DNA of 64,000 bases from Octopus sinensis (taxonomy: Eukaryota): contig NC_043002.1 of NCBI RefSeq assembly GCF_006345805.1, positions 38,936,001-39,000,000 on the forward strand, read 5' to 3'. Below the pieces are notes generated by a model, which was not told the origin of the DNA, searched no databases, and worked only from the letters and a program-made list of their open reading frames with translations. Shown here in pieces: positions 41,165-55,170 of the stretch (position 1 is the stretch's first letter; every line of letters starts with the position of its first letter). The position numbers were made by a program, and so were the translations under genes.

Positions 41165-41600
41165 TCCTCTATTATTTCCTGTTGAACCGGGTCCAAACTA
41201 TGGAGCTTAAGTGCTACAGAGTAAGTTTTATTTGATTGACAGCATGTTTCCTAGGATGTGAGCTGTTCCAAGTAGTGTAATCTTCTGGAGAGCGTAAATA
41301 TTGATGTTGCAAGTATACGGTTGGTGAACTTTTCCATTACTTTGTTTATGAATCCTAGTCCTCCAAAGATCGCTGGTATAATATTCTATATCCTCTTGAT
41401 TTCGATCTTCCAGCCCTTTGAACATTTCAGCTTCTCTGTGACTTTCGTGTAAGAGTTTCTTTGAGAAAATATTACAATGTCGGTAACTATTCACTAGCTG
41501 TCCTTCCAGTCGTCGATTGTGATATCAGGCCTGTTGGCTTTTATATCTCTGTCAATGTGAATGGACATACCTCAAATGATGGTGACATTATTGTTGCCAG
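41165..41600 (-). mobile_element. R4/Dong-like RLE domain fragment and 3' UTR
   Basis: IKANRPDITI...; LQKITLLGTAHILGNMLSIK*. Confidence 0.75.
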
Positions 41601-41985
41601 TGACCATGTTTAGTTACGTTCATACAATATCTCATTAGTCTTGATTTATAACCCCTGTATATTTTCCACTACATTATTATGCCTGTGGATACATTATTAT
41701 CAGGAATGGATAAGGACTGACTGCCTATCGAGAAAAATGCCTTGAGCATTTTTGCTAGCTTTGTGCCTAAATCTAAAAATTGAAGGCAGCAAGTTGGCAG
41801 AATCATTAGAGCGTCGGAAAAATGTTTTGCGGTATTTCTTCTGGCTCTTTACGTTCCGATTTCAAATCTCATCGATGTCGAGTTTGCCATACATCCATCC
41901 AGTGATGATAAGATAAAATGCCGACCAAAAACTGGAAAATACTGATGGTACCGACTAACATCTCCTGTTATTATTATTATTATTA

Positions 41986-42042
<57 letters not shown>

Positions 42043-42062
42043 CATCATCATCATCATCATTA

Positions 42063-42470
42063 TTAAGGCGGCGTACTGGCAAAATCGTTAGCATGCTGGG
42101 TGAAATTCTTAGCAGCCTTTCGTCTGTTTTACGTTCTTAGTTCAAATTCCACCGAGGTCAACTTTGTCTTTCATCCTTTTGGGGTTGATAAATTAAGTAC
42201 CAGTGAAACACTGGGGCCGATGTAATCAACTAACCCCCTTCCTCCCAAATTTCAGGCCTTGTGTCTTCTGTAGGAAGGATTATTATTATTGTTGAGACGG
42301 CGAGCTGGCAGAATCGTTAACACGCTGGACGAAATACTTAGCGGTATTCTGCCTGTCGCTATGTTCTGAGTTCAAATTCCGCCGAGGTCGGCTTTGCCTT
42401 CCATCCTTCGGAGTCGATAGATTAAGTACCAATGAAACACTAGGATCTATGTAATCGACTAGTCCCTTCC
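42063..42470 (+). mobile_element. Two tandem SINE family A copies, each after (ATT)n
   Basis: Family consensus begins at ~42063 and ~42293. Confidence 0.85.
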
Positions 42471-42489
42471 ACCGGGCATCCACCGGGCA

Positions 42490-44100
42490 TCCACCGGAGG
42501 CTAAGAGTAGCAAGGGCACTTTTGTTTTGCTATGCATGCTAAAATTATCACCACATTTATTCCATTTTAGATGGAGAGTGCTTTCCGTAGTATATGGGCT
42601 GTAAGATAACCATCAAGGTTATCTTTTGTAGTTCACGGAGATAGGAGTTACCAGAGAGTTACTTAATATACTTCTCGGCTCCTTTATCATTCCTATCGCA
42701 CTAATTACTAATGGTATTATTGTAGTACTAAGCTTCCACATTTTTGTGATTTCAATTTGCAAATCTTTATAGTGAGAAAGCTTTTCGTATTCTTTTCTTG
42801 CGACATTTTGATCTTGTGGGACAGACATATCTATTAACAGACATGTTCCTCTGTTGTAGTCCTTGATCACAATGTCTGGTCTATTGGAGTCAATTTTTCT
42901 GTCGGTTTGTATTGGGAAGTTCCAAAGGATGGTAATGCCCTCGCCATTCACTACATCTTCTGGATGGTGCCTGTACCACTTATCATGGGATTTAATTTTT
43001 TAGTATTTACAAGCATTCCAGTGGACGTACTGCCCTAGTCTGTCATGTCTTATGAAGTACTCCTTTTCAGCGAGAACTGGGCAGTCAGAAACAACATGAT
43101 CAATTGTCTCTGTGAATTTTCCACAAATTCTGCACGAGGGAGTAGGCCCATTTTAAAACACGTTTGCATGGTAGTTTGTTGTAGATAAGCTCTGATATGG
43201 CACTGTAACAACAAAACCTTCTGTTTCCCCTTTCAGACGACCTATCCCTTGTAGCCATTGGTATGTTAGATTTTGATCAATTTCTGGCTTGGACAGACGG
43301 TCAGGGTATTTTCCATGCAGGAGTTTGCCTTTCCAGTTGTCTTCGATATTATTCATGCAAGCCTTCTTTGCTTTTTCTTTGATGTTTTTTTTTGCATCAG
43401 TGATAGGTTTGTCACTATTTGGATCTTGTTGGTCTTTCTGATTGTTAATTTCTAAATCAGGAGAAGCAATGGTAGGTCTGTCAGTATTTGGGTGTCTTTA
43501 GTCATTCTTATTGTTAACTAGTAGACCAAGAGACTTTTTTTAATTTCTTACTAAGCTTCATGACTGAAGCTTGCTTGGAATCTTCATGCTTCAGTGCAGT
43601 TCGTAAGAGCACATCACTTGTTGTATTAAGGTACGTTTCAAGGCCTGTTATTGTTGATTTGAAGGATTGTTCGATCTGTATCAGACCTCTTCCATAGACA
43701 AAACATACTATCCAAGTTTCAGAGCTTTTTGCCTTTGGGTACAAGTGAGTGTGTGTTATACAGAGCTGACTTTTCACTGATCAGACTATTTTGTCAATTT
43801 CGCTGTCAGCCTTTTAATTTTTAGGATATCACGTCTCACAACTATTATTATTGTCCATGTACAGCCTGTTATGCGGGTTTTTGCACCTCCAGATATTGTA
43901 GGTCTCTTTTTGTGTGATTGATATTTCTGAGTTTAGTATTGACTAATAATAAGCATTTATAGCTTCGATATATTCTTCCTTAGTCCATTTTTGTCTCGTA
44001 TTTCTATTTCTTTGAGGTAGGTTTCATAGTTGATCCTGAGCGTCAGTTTCGGGAATATCCCTAGTTTGATTTGCTACAGGTTCTTGAAGAGCTCAGTGTC
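42490..44100 (-). mobile_element. R4/Dong-like non-LTR retrotransposon 3' half (late RT, CCHC knuckle, RLE)
   Basis: WKGKLLHGKY...ETEGF...; CRICGKFTETIDHVVSDC; RPDIVIKD...LLIDMSVP...KEYEKLSHYKDL. Confidence 0.92.
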
Positions 44101-44374
44101 AGAACTTAAGGTCACTGATGAACGCGTTCTTCGAACGACACAGGTTCTAGGGGGTATTTCCATGGTCGATATCCAGGACCGTGCTATAAGCGCACAGGGT
44201 TAACCAGTTGTCTGGTTCCTTAGGTAAGGTTCAGAGAACCCATTATTATTATCATTATAATTATTATTATTATTATGAAAGACTCTCGGATAATACAGTT
44301 CCATGTTTAAGAGATGAGGAATTATGTACATTATTTACATTTGACGGATATTTGTCCTCATCTTGTTTGTTGTT

Positions 44375-44420
44375 AACACAACGTTTCGGCTGATATACCC
44401 TCCAGCTTTCATCAGGTGTC
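44375..44420 (-). ncRNA. Minimal type I hammerhead motif
   Basis: Minus strand gacac-CTGATGA-a-agctg gagggtatat cagcc-GAAA-c-GTT-gtgtt; palindromic AACGTT stem III. Confidence 0.75.
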
Positions 44421-44454
44421 TTGGGAAAATTTCGATGTTGTTGTTGTTGTTATT

Positions 44455-44486
<32 letters not shown>

Positions 44487-44530
44487 TATTATTATTATTA
44501 TTATTATTGTTATTATTATTATTATTATTA

Positions 44531-44561
<31 letters not shown>

Positions 44562-44589
44562 CTATATACTACTAAAACTCTGTGATTGG

Positions 44590-44673
<84 letters not shown>

Positions 44674-45639
44674 TTGTCTGTAATTTGATACAACCAAACC
44701 GGTGCATAATGGTAAAAATACTCTGAAAGTAACATAACCCTGAAATGGGAATATATAATACTGTGGAAATTGTTTCCATTAATTTTATGTTTACGTTATA
44801 TAACAATTCCTTCGGCATTTTTGTAGAAGTGTGAACGAATGTCATAAATAAATGCTGTTACTGGAGTTCAAGCTTATCTCGGAAGCTCTATTTCTATTAG
44901 ATGCTGTAAATAATCAATAAAACCTTAAACATGAACTTGTAAACCAGACCTATGATGACACGAACGACTTGAAATATTTAACTGAATCATCATAAAATCA
45001 ACTTTCATTTCAATTCGATGTTGAAATCAGCTTCAATGTTTTATAACCTGAAACGATAGTGACCCAACGGTTATCATTATTAGAGACGTGTAACGACAGT
45101 AGATTGATAGCAAGGGCAGTAGATTCGCAGCATCATTAGAGTGTCGGTGAAAATGCAAAGTGCTAATGATATTTCTTCCTGTTCCTTACATTCTGCTTAT
45201 TGTTAGCATTGTGGATGATAGAAACGATAGACCTACCATTACTTCCTAAGTTAAAACTTAAGCGCAGTTGAGTTTCACTTCCACTAAACTTTAGTCAAGC
45301 AGAGAAGTACAGAAATCAGTCTCATCTATTTTTCCTTCCTTCAAAATTATGTAATTGTGCCTATATTAGAAACTAAACTAGATCAGGACGTCTGCTCTTC
45401 CTTAGAGCGGCATACTAAGTATGTCGTAGTTGTTGATGCACAAGGCAGCAACATTTACATATATTCCAAGACAGTGAACAAGTGGTGACCGTTTCTGTAG
45501 TTCGTCTCTTTCATATAGATACATTCTTGGGTCAAGTGTTCACTACGACTCTAATTTTCACTTAAGATTTATATTCAGAACTTGTTTTTGAGGAAGGGAA
45601 ACAACGTTCGTAAAGAAACTTTGGGTGTCAGTAAGAATA

Positions 45640-45870
45640 AACTGGCTGGCACGTTACAGAGATTTGCAACCCAGAAATTTGGATAGCATTAGAAAACCCT
45701 GGCCTGGCAGTACTGATAAAATCTACAGACACAGAAGTGTTATCAAACGAACTTGCTTTAGATGTGTGCAAAGCAGTGAAGCCCTTCTGTACGCATTTTT
45801 TCAGTGTCCCGGTACTGTTGAACTGTGGAATTATCAATCAACTTTTGTCGCGCATAGGACGGATCTGGCT
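45640..45870 (+). mobile_element. Old Tx1-like C-terminal relic
   Basis: DKIYRH...CFRCVQSSEALLYAFFQCP...LW parallels the Cys-rich region of the 10536-12595 element. Confidence 0.65.
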
Positions 45871-46004
45871 ATCAGAATGTTAATCGTCATGATTATCAGC
45901 CGGCTAAATTTCTACCGGCAAGAGCAGGCTGTAATCGACTAGCTCCCTTCCACAAAATTTCAGGCTTTGTACCAGTTGTAGTAACGATTATAATTATTAT
46001 TAAA

Positions 46005-46205
46005 TCACCGAGCTGGCAGAAGCGTTAGCAAAACAGGAAAATTGCTTAGCGCTATTTTGTTTGTCTTTCCGTTCTGCTTTTCAGATCACCGCAGGTCGAC
46101 ATTCATCCTTTCGAGATCAAGAAAATAAGTACCACTTGCACGTTGGTATCGGTGTAATCGAGTAGACCCTCCACCAAAATTTCCTGCCTTGTGTTTATTG
46201 TAGAA
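46005..46205 (+). mobile_element. Diverged SINE family A
   Basis: gagctggcagaagcgttagc...ttcatcctttcg...aagtaccac. Confidence 0.75.
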
Positions 46206-46263
<58 letters not shown>

Positions 46264-46503
46264 ATATCATTACATACTAGCTCAGAATTAATGGATATGA
46301 TCAATCATTTCAAGCCTTATAAATAATTCCCACAAAATGTAAGTTTTTATGGAGCGATTTTTCTTTCATTGCTGTCCACAACATCAACTATAGTTCGTGT
46401 ACATATAATCTATGTGTGTGTATGTATGTGTGTGTGTGTATGATATATAAAGGTGGGTGTATATAAATACACACTTGGGTACATCATATATATTATATAT
46501 ACG

Positions 46504-46582
<79 letters not shown>

Positions 46583-47313
46583 TTACACTTCCATATATTT
46601 AATCCACAAAGAAGCGCGGTAACTATACCGGCCATTAAACCGTGCACAAAAGAAGATGGTGCCCGCACGCAAACGCACACAATCAGTATTAACACACGAC
46701 TCTACCTTCACAAATACAAGCTTACATTCAACAGACATATACGTGGTGATGCTAGTTGATAGATTCTGTACATTACATCGCGTGCTGTGGAACTATAAAT
46801 TTCGTCTGAAGTTTAAGCCATATTTCATTAGACAACAGTGGTCTAATGGATGCAAAGTAAATAATAATAATAACAATGAAAACTGACTGCATCAACAAAA
46901 ATACCTGGTAGCCATATATTATATGCTTTCATGTTGATCTAGGTAAGCGAAGTAATTTGATATACATATACAGAGATACATACACACGTACAGACTTAGA
47001 CACACACATACACAAAAACATTCACACACACATAATCATACATATTCGCACGCACACTGTCTCATACGCACACATTCACATAGACAGACACACATTCACA
47101 GATATTCACACACTCACCTACATACATACACACAAACACACTCACACAGACTCACTCGTACACACTCCACACACTCTCACACACATACTCACACTCACAC
47201 TTACTCAAGTATGTATAATGTCCGTAATTTATTGTTGGTGAGTTTGAACATACGTGTATGTGAATGTGTGTGTGGGGGGGGGGGGTTACAGTGTGTGTCC
47301 ATATATATATACG

Positions 47314-47346
<33 letters not shown>

Positions 47347-47414
47347 GCACGCACACACACACACACACATAAATATATATATACACATATATATATATGT
47401 GTGTGTGTGTGTGT

Positions 47415-47448
<34 letters not shown>

Positions 47449-47647
47449 TGTGTGTGTGTGTGAGTGTGTGTGTGCATAGAAAGCAAAGTTATTTTATTCC
47501 AAACGGGTAGAAACAGGAAAAATACAAGTTGAAAATGCGCTGAGAAAAGTTTAAATATTTTTTATTAATATATTTAAAGCTTTAACCGTTTTGCAGTTTA
47601 CGCTGATTGTCGAAAAGTTCAAATAGAAAGACGTGACAGAAACACAC

Positions 47648-47762
<115 letters not shown>

Positions 47763-48209
47763 TAGATATGTGGGTTTTTGCATCCGTGACATTAGTATTT
47801 ACATACTAAGCTTTTTATTCGTTTAGTCTTAACTTAAGTATGTCAGCTCCAGTCAGTATTTCGTCTACCACTTATAGTATTACTGCAGTGAGTTGGTAAT
47901 TGACAAAGGTGTCCAGGTCGTAAAAAGAGCACAGTATCTCAACTTTTTCTTTATAGATTTCCCACCAAATTGATGTGAATACACACAGTTTCCCTGTCTA
48001 CCAAAATACCAATGGGTATTTGTCGATCCAAGACTATGGAAGGAGATAACTGGTCAGAGTACTGCACAGTGACCACAAATCTAGAAGAGGAAACTTCGTG
48101 TTTGCCAAGTGAGCTTCTTAACAGCGCAGACCAGCAGATGGCTCATATATACACACATACATAAACATATACATGCATATGTAGACAGACAGACAAACAG
48201 TCACATACA

Positions 48210-48462
48210 TACATACATACCTACATACATACATACATACGTACATACACACACATACATACATACATACATACACACACACGTACATACATACATACAT
48301 ACATACATACATACAAACATACATACTTACAAACATACATACATACATACATACATACATACATACATACATACATGCATGCATACATACATACATACAT
48401 ACATACATACATACATACATACATACATACACACACACGTACATACATACATACATACTTAC

Positions 48463-48493
<31 letters not shown>

Positions 48494-48691
48494 CATACAT
48501 GCATGCATGCATGCATACATACATACATACATACATACATACATACATACATACATACATGCATGCATGTATGCATGCATGCATGCATGCATACATACAT
48601 ACATACATACATACATACATACATACATACATACATACATACATACATACATACATACATACATACATACATACATACATACATACATACA

Positions 48692-48722
<31 letters not shown>
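48210..48722. repeat. (CATA)n array
   Basis: Directly visible. Confidence 0.95.
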
Positions 48723-48929
48723 GCACACATTTGTATCTTTGTATGTTTATATATTTCAGCTGTGATTTAAGTAGTTGGCTGTCCTCTATTTACATATGTA
48801 CATGCGTTTGTAATACATGCATATATTTACCAGAAGGTGTCGAAATTGCGATGATATTTGGTTGATAATTTATTAAAGATAGAGCTATGTTTGCGTCCAT
48901 TGTGTCCGTCGTTCGTTCATCTTCCCCCT

Positions 48930-49272
48930 GTGTCACTGAGACCCCCTTCGGTCATGACTGACCATGGGATTGCACCTAGAAAGTTACCCTCCCAGGCACA
49001 AGTCCAGGCAAGGTTGTTTATGGAAGACCAACAGTCGCCCATGCATACCAGCCTCCCCTCTCCATGCCACCAGTGTTATCCAAGGGAAAGGCAAAGGCTG
49101 ATACAGCTTGGCACCTGTGACGTCACAACTCATTTCTACAGCTGAGTGAACTGGAGCAACGTGAAATAAAGTGTCTTGTTCAAGAACACTATATGCAGCC
49201 AGGTCCGGAATTCGAACTCACAAGCTCACAATCGTAAGCTCGACACTTTAAACACTGAGCCATGCACCTTCT
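48930..49272 (-). mobile_element. tRNA-derived SINE
   Basis: Minus-strand head ggtgcatggctcagtg...gagttcgaattccgg, then ttcttgaacaagacacttt...ctccagttcactcagctg. Confidence 0.8.
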
Positions 49273-49281
49273 CTGCCCCAC

Positions 49282-49326
<45 letters not shown>

Positions 49327-49630
49327 CTAAAAACGAAGACAGGTGTATAAACAACAAACAGGTGTATTAGTTTGACGCTCGGGAAGGTGAGAAAATCTTT
49401 TACGCTTCGAGCCTTACTTAATGAATGATCCAATGGGTCGATATCTTTGTAATTGAACCATTGGATCAATTATTAGGTAAGTATATCTCTACATTGTATA
49501 TATTTGAATTGGTTTGTACTTCGGTATAACCATTTAAATTTTTTTTTTAATGTTCCAAACTTTGGGCTGTCTGTCTTGTCTGTCTGTCTGTCTGTCTGTA
49601 TAGATAGCTAGCTAGCTAGCTAGATAGATG

Positions 49631-49890
<260 letters not shown>

Positions 49891-50804
49891 AAGAAAAACA
49901 CGCAGTTTTACCGTTACTACCTTATCCTTACTCTCCACTCTTCATTTTCTAAAAAAAAAAAAAAAACAAAGTTTATTCACTGCACCATTTTCTTTCAACA
50001 CCAGCAACTGCCTTACCCCTGGCTTTTCATCTGTCCCCCCAGTTATTCCTTTTCTTCGGATTTTACCTGGTTCTTCATCACAGTCAACTCTTAAATATAT
50101 GATACGTGTGTAGGAAGCTTATTTGAAAAATGAAATAGAATAGTCTTATGCATGTGTTGAATAAGCCACTGGACATAAAAGTCAGTATTCAGTCTTTGTT
50201 GGGTGAGAGGATTAGTGAGTACGATTTGTTGATGTGCAGATAGAAGTTAATGTACGCAAGAGACTGAGGATCGTTTCAAATGCATCTAGGAATGACAGTA
50301 TATTCTGGTATACAAATCGAATTTTTCAGATAAAAATTTACAGCCGAGAAAGGTTGATTAACTTATGTTAATCACTCTCCAAGACGACTTTGAAGGATCA
50401 AAAATTCCATGCGAAATGCAACAGGAATTGGAAAGATAGTGATTATGTTTGTCTGCCTCCGCTACATCTTTTACACTATATTCTACGTTGACTACTATGC
50501 CAGAAAATACGATATAAAAAAATTATGGGGGCTTAGATAAAGGTCAGTGCAAAAATTCAATATATTTTAACGTGAGTGATGATGATGGTTGTGGAGAAAT
50601 TACACATAAGAGGAAGGGTAAATAGGACGGATGTGTTAATTATAGATTATTGGCTGACGGGTATGAAGTTGGGGAGATGTTTTCAATTAAGTATTCAGCT
50701 GTCAGTCCGTTTCCTTCCGGTCACTGATATCATCACTTCTTTCCTCGCTATCGTTTCATCCTGTTCATTTATTGATAAATTTAATCAATATTATCAAACA
50801 CGGC

Positions 50805-51145
50805 ATGGTTGTGTGGTTTAAGAAGCTGCTTTTGCGTCAACGTGGTTTTGAGTTCAGTCCTACTGCGTGGCACTTTGGACAAGTGTCTTCTACTACAGCT
50901 CTGGCCGGCTAATGTCTTGTGAGTAAATTTGGTAGAAGGGAAATTATGTAAGAGCCTTTCGCATATGTGTGTGTGTGTGTGTGTTTGTGTGTGTTTACCC
51001 ATCTCCACCCAACCCACTTTTTGACAACCGATGTTGGGTTGTTCAAATTCCAGTAACTTAGCGACTCCGCAAATAAAACTGGCAGAATATGCACCAGAGT
51101 TTAAAATAAGCTGCAGCTGAATGACTGAAACAAGTAACACATGAA
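50805..51145 (+). mobile_element. SINE family B, diverged
   Basis: Family consensus. Confidence 0.8.
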
Positions 51146-51867
51146 AAACGGTAGAACCGGTGTGCCAAGAGAGACTGAAGAAAGGTGTTAAATACTCCTT
51201 ACATATAATAGGTAAAAACAAAAAAAAATTATCAAAAATTAAAAAGAAGCAAAAAAAAGGGGGCCAAGTAGAAAAAGAACAAATATTTCTGTCGTTAAAT
51301 CTTTTCGTGTGCCGCATAAATTGAAAGATCATATTTATGGTTAACAGATACTTGGAAATATAAGTTTTGATATAATTTCATCATGAATAGTAAATACCAT
51401 TCTGTATGAACATCACTATAGTTATGTGCTCTTTGGTTAAACATCAATCCAATTTTGTCCAATATTCCGCCTGCTCCATTTCCCGAAGTCGTTACACACT
51501 AAACATTGTCAGTTTATGTCAACTGATGATTGATAGAATGAATATTTTAACAATCTATTGTTTCAAACACATTATCTGCATGTAATGTCACCAAAAGCAT
51601 GCACATGCTAGAAACTCGCCTGGGGGTTCCTCGAGTATAAGCATCCAGTGCATCGGTTTACCTGTAGGACTTCAAAGTTGCTGTAAGGAACATATCTGTA
51701 TACTCTACTCACGGTCTAGCTGAAAAAAATCTCTTTCCCTCCAGGTAAGGAACTGGCAGTAAATTGCCGGATTCCTCTTCCAGCGATATACAAACTTCCA
51801 TAAACACTTGACGTTTATAATATACTTTATCCGATGCAGACTACCACCACTAATGCTCTCGGTATCT

Positions 51868-51991
<124 letters not shown>

Positions 51992-52282
51992 CCATGTGAA
52001 TATATGTATGCGTTAGAACGTGTGTGTGTATGTGTATATGTGTATATTTATAAATTAAAAGAAAATATGTATATATTCTTATATATGCGCATGTGTGTAT
52101 ACATATGCGCACCACATATACACACATTCGTGCAGCCATACACGTATTCGTGATATTTATATAGGTGTAAAAACATCCATATTTATTCATTTCGTATAGA
52201 TCAACAGCTACGGTGTCTACACGATGTAGCTGAGTTCGTTTCGTCCGTTTTGTGCGTGAAAGGAAATACCAGACACCTCCTG

Positions 52283-52726
52283 TAGCTGGTTAATGATGCA
52301 TACCTCCTTCCGATATAATGCGAGAAAGGGAGCGAACTCCTACCAACTTCTAGCGACAGGATCAGCCTGGTTTCGGGCTATTTCTTCCTCTCTTCAATAC
52401 TGGACACCTCATCCGCTAGAGATGGCGGTAACTCGGTTCTACTCGGAATATATATAAATTTAAGCGACACACAGTCGCTGATTTTGCAACAAGTAAAGAA
52501 GCTAGTTCTAAAATCTCTCTCGGAGATGAACGCAGTGAAGTCCGTTCGAACGGAACAGCCATGTTGAAATGGTTACAAACATTACTGGCTAGTACAACTA
52601 CTGTGTTATCTCTTACAGAGATTCTGGAACTAGCTTTTTTGCTTGCTGTAAAATCAAGGACTGTGGAAAGGTTTCGCTCCCTTGCTCGCAATATTTCGGA
52701 TGCAGGTATGCATCGTTAACCAGCTA
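52283..52726. mobile_element. Possible MITE bounded by 23-bp inverted repeats
   Basis: tagctggttaatgatgcatacct / aggtatgcatcgttaaccagcta, one mismatch. Confidence 0.5.
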
Positions 52727-52826
52727 GAGGGGATGTCTTCTTGAGGTGAAAAAATCGCAGTAAAGTCCGTTCGAACGGAACAGCCATGTTGAAGTACCTA
52801 CGAAAATTACTTTATGTGTGTGCGCA

Positions 52827-52864
<38 letters not shown>

Positions 52865-52926
52865 TATGTATATATGTATATATGTATGTATGTATATATA
52901 TATATATATGTATGTATGTATGTATG

Positions 52927-52960
<34 letters not shown>

Positions 52961-53155
52961 TGTATGTATGTATGTATGTATGTATGTATGTGTTTTTTCC
53001 CATCAATATTGTTTGTTGTAGCTTTTATAAAAATACAGGTTTTAATGTATTAATACCAAAAAGTAATCTTCATCTCCAACTTAACGTGGAAATTGAGTTA
53101 GAACACAGCATACAACGTTATTTACCCTGCGGAAATCTCACACAAAAAAATTGAG

Positions 53156-53312
53156 GTGCATAAAGGCAATCGTAATTATATCGTTGACAAAAGATAATCA
53201 TCTGCTTCGCTCGCTGGAACAGCAAGATTATGAGACTTCAACCTGCAGATCCTGCGGCCGTTGCAGATTATTCTCTTTCGTCAATGATATAATTGTGATT
53301 GCTTTAATGCAC
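53156..53312. repeat. Imperfect inverted repeat (50-bp arms, 8 mismatches, 57-nt spacer)
   Basis: 53156-53205 versus the reverse complement of 53263-53312, aligned by eye. Confidence 0.9.
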
Positions 53313-54639
53313 CACCAGTTCTCGTGGGAGATCCTCTCAAGGTAAATGCATACGTTGGTACGCACATGAATACACACATATAAACATCCATAGTTACATA
53401 TGCACGTACATACACACATGCTCACATACGTACGTATTTCCATAGATGCACGATATTTTCATAGGTCTTACTTTCTTTACCCGGTTTTTCGAAAAAAATG
53501 TTTGCTAGAGCGCCCTCTTAAAGGTTTTAGTCGATGCAACCGATTCCGGTACTATTTTTACCCCTAATTTTCGTTATCATATGAAACAGAAGGCAAGTCG
53601 TTCAAGGTGTAAAAGAAGAAAATCCTGTCGAAATTTAATACTCAAAATCAATTTTGCTTGTTGCACCAAGTTGTTCACTCTGTGCCATAATTATTCTACC
53701 TCACCAAAGCGATGCCTATACATCGATATAAAGATATGATAAGACTGAAATACGCTCTAAGTTATCTCCCGCAGTTGCTGAGAGCATTATTACAATTGAT
53801 TTAATGTTGTCTTTTCCCATCTTATAAGTATTTCTAATTAGCTATTTAATGCATGCTACATTAAGTAGTTTAACATTGGCTTAACTATCGTTGAGACTTA
53901 AGTACCAATGCCAAGTTCACATAATAGTGCCGAGTAGTAAATATGAATTTCCATATTGTCTTCTGGTAATCTCCTAAAACACGATTTTGTGCAACCTTTA
54001 GCAAATAACTAGCTATCGTCAATATTCCTTTCTAACTTTGGCTCAGAGCATAGTGACAGGAGAACTGCCGCTAAGCATTTTGTCCGGCGCAGTAACAACT
54101 CTACTAACTCGCCACCTTAGGCTAAAGTCAATATTAAACCTATTCCTATTGACCTAATCTAGTTTTTTTATCATTTACATGTTTCAGTCATTAGACTGCG
54201 TCCCTACTGGGGCACCGCCTTGAAGGATTTTAGTCAAACGAATCGACTCCAGTACTTTTCTTTTCTTTAAAGCCTGGTACTTACTAAATCGATCTCATTC
54301 GCCGAATCGCAAAGTTATGGGGACGTAAAGACGCCAATAACAGTTGTCAAGCGGTGATGGGGGACAAATACAGACAGAAAGACATACTTCCATAAATTAT
54401 TTTAGGTATCACTTTAGTAACGAGCAGACAGACATTTTCTCGAACTCCTTCATTTTTGACCCAATGTGAGAGCTGGGTGAATGAATTTGATAGATATAGT
54501 TCAGCCAAAGATTGGCCCAGGCAATGTCTAATTCAATAGAAAACCTGATAAGATCTGTTAAGTCATTTTAAAGTCAATTTTTGTGATATCCTAGTCCATT
54601 CAAGTAGAGAAGTTGTTGACAGATGTATCCAGGTATAGA

Positions 54640-55170
54640 TGGCTCATTTACTATCTCTTGAAAAAATTTGTCCCGGGTTCGTTTGAGGATGGTGGATCTT
54701 TTCCTGCTTTGACTTGTTTTGAGACAATATTATATAGAGCAGGGCCTGTTGAGGAAAAAACATTGTTTTACAGTGAGTTTATGAGTTACGATCCTGAATT
54801 GTGTAGGGAGCGTATGGCACGTAAGAATTAAGTTTCAATGTTTTATGGAAATCTCAATAATCAAGATCAGCCTCTGGGGTGACTCAATTTTCGTTTTATT
54901 TGGTGTTGGGAAACCACAATGGGCAGCAGTATTCTAGTTGTGTTTTACAAAGGAAAAGAGCTCATCCTGCAAATCACATCAACTTTATTGTTTATGTGAG
55001 CACTCCAACCAAACTTGTTGTCAACAAATTATCCTAAATCTCTGATATTACTGGATGCTGTGGGTAGTTTCCCTGAATGAAGAGAATATGTTCGTGTCAG
55101 GGCATTTTTTCCAAATTGTCTAAGTTCAAATTTTCCCTCATTTAACCACATGTTGTTTTTATCAGTTATT
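54640..55170 (-). mobile_element. CR1/L2-like reverse transcriptase relic
   Basis: Degraded NNMWLNEGKFE...SNIRDLG..VDNK..WSAHI and CCPLW...IESPQR across frameshifts. Confidence 0.65.

Noticed and set aside
52361-52403. Minus-strand ccagta-TTGAAGA-gagg...ccc-GAAA-ccagg
   Set aside because: Lacks the UH triplet and most of stem I; too degenerate to claim.
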